Below, piece after piece: positions 61,581-64,000 of a stretch of 64,000 nucleotides of DNA. The DNA is taken from the NCBI GenBank assembly GCA_963803705.1, contig CAWDNU010000004.1, positions 736,001 to 800,000 of the forward strand, written 5' to 3'. Origin of the DNA: an uncultured Pseudobdellovibrionaceae bacterium. GTDB taxonomy: Bacteria > Bdellovibrionota > Bdellovibrionia > Bdellovibrionales > UBA1609. The notes under the pieces were generated by a model. It had not been told where the DNA came from, made no database searches, and saw only the letters and a list, made by a program, of their open reading frames with translations. Numbering within the stretch: the first letter of the stretch is position 1; the number at the start of each line of letters is the position of its first letter. The position numbers were made by a program, and so were the translations under genes.

Positions 61581-62152
61581 CCGCTCCCATTATATTCCCG
61601 AAAGTAACATCATCGAACATCACCGGAGTATTAAATACTTTTCCCGTATCTTTATCTTTGACCGGAAACTCTTCATTGTTTGGCGAAATTTTCATAGCAT
61701 CTAATAGAGACCGACAATATTTTCATACTTTACTGTTTCAGTCGGATTCAATCTTGCTCTGAAAACTGTTGGATTCTCTTTTTTAATTTTTACTAACTCG
61801 TCAGATGAACTTATGTTTATCAATTTTAGCATCAACTGATGCAGGAATTCTTGAAGTCTGAAGAATTTCATCACCTTTCTTCAGGTTTTAAATCAAGCAC
61901 TATGCTTCCCACTATCTAAAACATAAAGGCCAATTTTTTTCTCTTTGTTTTCTTCAACATTTTTATCAATTGCGGCTTGTGCTTCACCAATTACTGGCAC
62001 TTTAGCATTTAAACTCGTAAGTTTTAAAAAGGCTGCGCTAAAAGTAGAACAGGAATTAAGGTAGCCATAAGTCCAAGTAGCGGAGCCAAATCCAACTCCA
62101 TGTCCTCTTCTGGATTACCACTGTTGTAAACTATATCTTCTACGATTCCCAC
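61573..62152 (-). pseudogene. Second ExbD/TolR-family gene, multiply frameshifted (possibly assembly error)
   Basis: GAGGTG RBS then GTG; segments ELDLAPLLGLMATLIPVLL / SAAFLKL / DELVKIKKENP...VKYENIV / LDAMK...MFDDVTFGNIM are separated by frame changes. Confidence 0.75.
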
Positions 62153-62208
62153 TTTACACCTCTTTTATATTTACAAACTTTTCTTCCAAACGTTGACTAT
62201 TTCAGAAA

Positions 62209-62875
62209 TTACGCAGCCTTAGTCTTAGAAGCAGTGCTTTCATCACTTCTGTATATTCTACTAGTTAGTAGGTCTAAAACTTTTGATCCGTTTTCTGCAC
62301 AGTCAGTTAAGATACTGTCTTTTTTTGCATTCAAAATAGAAAAGGTAATCATGATTGGGATTGCAGCACTCAGACCCATGGCAGTGGTATTCATTGCAAC
62401 TGAAATACCTGCAGCAAGCATCTCTTGCTTTTGTGAAGGATCAGCGCTTGCAACCGCCTTAAAGGCCTGAATCAGATCCTGTAATGGTACCAAGTAGACC
62501 TAGTAAAGTTACAACGTTTGATAACATGGCTAAGTAACCTAATCGTTTAGTGACTTTAGGCATGACTTCAGTAAATGCAATTTCAAATGACTTTTTCATA
62601 GACTCTTCATCTCGATCAGCACGATCAAGAACAGATTTTATAATATGAGCCATTGGCTTTTTCTTGTTAGCTTCGCAAAAAGTCACTGCCTCTTCTATTT
62701 GATCAGCAATTAACAGGCTATGAAGTTGTTTCATAAAAGAGTCTGACTTTAAGTTTAAATCTATAAACAAAGCTTTGATTCTTTCCAAAGATAATCCCAA
62801 CGCAACTACGGCAAATGCTACAATTGCGTAACCCGCTGTTCCACTATCACTAATCATTTTTAAAATGCTATCCAT
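62209..62875 (-). pseudogene. MotA/TolQ/ExbB-family motor subunit (AglR-like), one frameshift near 62478
   Basis: TLLGLLGTITG continues as LIQAF...AGISVAMNTTAMGL in another frame because of one extra base. Confidence 0.85.
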
Positions 62876-62919
62876 TTTTGGCTCCTTTAAATATTTAATA
62901 ACATTATTTTACAAGTTAA

Positions 62920-62947
62920 CATTCGGCTGTGGTTGAAATAAAGTTAA
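62920..62947 (-). promoter_or_regulatory. sigma28-like promoter upstream of the Agl-Glt cluster
   Basis: TTAAC-N15-GCCGAATG. Confidence 0.45.
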
Positions 62948-63063
62948 CGGGACCCGAACTTTTTTTTGATCAGAGGTAATTTAATTTTTACGAAGTGATT
63001 TTTTCGACACTATAATAAGACTTTGGTCTCATATTGGACCACCGGGAATATATCTAAAAATTC

Positions 63064-63210
63064 AGTCAAGTTTTCATTTTTAGGAATTTCAAGATCTTAA
63101 TAGGTATATCAGGCTCGTTGGCGCGATACATTGCGAACGCAATGTGAGTGACAAGGCTTTCCTGATATATCTATTAAGATCTTGAAATTCCTAAAAATGA
63201 AAACTTGACT
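63064..63210. repeat. Long palindrome 3: 50-bp arms (one mismatch) around a different 47-nt core
   Basis: 63064-63113 versus 63161-63210; inner hairpin ACATTGCG-AA-CGCAATGT. Confidence 0.9.
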
Positions 63211-63324
63211 TAATTTAGGATGGGTTGATTAAACAAATTCTGTTGAACCAAAGATAGTCCAGCCTAGCAGCACTTGCGGTGAGGACACTCACCGTTGAGT
63301 TGTACATCCGCACCTGCGGCGGTC

Positions 63325-63939
63325 CTACGCAGCTTCTTCTGAGTTTAGTTCTAGGTCTTTAATAATAGTGCTCAGCAATAACTGAGACTTGGAATCAAAC
63401 TTAACAAATTTAAGTCCGTATCTGAATACGAAAGTATTATCCACCGGGTTCTTCCAATCTCGCTTACTTACAACTTTAGCGATTGCATTGATCGAACTTG
63501 ATTTTATTTTGATATGGACCTTAGCCATGTCCGACACATTAAGAAGGCCATAAATAGTTTCAATTCCTATCCCGCCTGATCCCAATTCAGAAACTGCTGC
63601 CCAAACATTAATATTTTCGTGGTTTAGTAAAATTTTTTCTACAACTTTGAATCTATTGTAACGCCTACGGTTGGAAAGCGGAATTCTATGGCCTATTACT
63701 GAATCTGACAGAGACTTAAATTTCTGCAATTGAAAGTCAGTAATGTCTGCAACTTGGCACCAGGATTTATCAGCAATTTTCTTAATAAAATCCATTGAAT
63801 GAACTTTATTCTGCTTGATCAAGCGGATAACTTCATAAAAGTCTAAAGGACCAATTTCTTTACCTTCTTTAAGTATCAACCATTTTGAATCTTCGTTAAC
63901 ATTAGACATACCATATAGATTTCGGTGAATTAAAACCAA
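63325..63939 (-). CDS. GYF_2 (DUF4339)-PilZ domain protein
   Basis: W...EIGP...W N-terminal domain; RRYNR (RxxxR), ELGSGG, YGLKF; start may be a few codons inside. Confidence 0.78.
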   Translation of the reverse strand: MVLIHRNLYGMSNVNEDSKWLILKEGKEIGPLDFYEVIRLIKQNKVHSMDFIKKIADKSWCQVADITDFQLQKFKSLSDSVIGHRIPLSNRRRYNRFKVVEKILLNHENINVWAAVSELGSGGIGIETIYGLLNVSDMAKVHIKIKSSSINAIAKVVSKRDWKNPVDNTFVFRYGLKFVKFDSKSQLLLSTIIKDLELNSEEAA

Positions 63940-64000
63940 AGTTAAACATTTTAATCATAAATTCGTCACAAATTTGAAAATTCAAGGTACGATTTAATTT

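Noticed and set aside
159..62470. Many short ORFs overlapping confident genes on the opposite strand or in alternate frames (e.g. 159-401, 7434-7832, 19231-19758, 22475-22927, 55519-56148)
   Set aside because: They overlap well-supported genes and have no motifs of their own
1..64000. CRISPR array or cas genes
   Set aside because: No regularly spaced direct repeats seen; the phage motif copies are irregularly spaced and no Cas-like ORF is present

Overview
AT-rich bacterial chromosome segment, most consistent with a Bdellovibrionota-like predator. That placement is inferred from gene content: a compact Agl-Glt gliding cluster, a split nuo operon, a GYF-PilZ protein and sigma28-like promoters. 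Positions 1-~8898 are one end of a podovirus-like prophage (scaffold, portal, large terminase, RusA-like resolvase, tyrosine integrase). It abuts a tRNA-Gly(UCC) that stops at the variable loop, downstream of intact tRNA-Thr(UGU) and tRNA-Tyr(GUA), so it appears to interrupt the Thr-Tyr-Gly-(Thr-tuf) cluster without restoring the tRNA at this junction. A repeated 22-23 bp motif sits where phage late promoters would be expected. The rest is host sequence: rlmB, a 2OG-Fe(II) oxygenase, pyrF, proS, ntrXY, rib genes, clpB, an H1-like protein, terC, a sigma54 activator, xerC (probable AUU start), gmhB, recO, nuoB-CD-E-F-G-I, an ABC exporter pair, a 2539-aa Ig-repeat lipoprotein and an Agl-Glt cluster whose first two motor genes carry several frameshifts. 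The most unusual non-coding signal is three long palindromes with 41-73 bp arms unrelated between loci. Two of them enclose the same 58-nt core with compensatory base changes, and one arm is an inverted copy of a neighbouring gene's 3' end. Two copies of a ~125-bp MITE and an orphan gene bracketed by 21-bp inverted repeats are also present. All calls come from reading the sequence and ORF track by eye; no searches were run.
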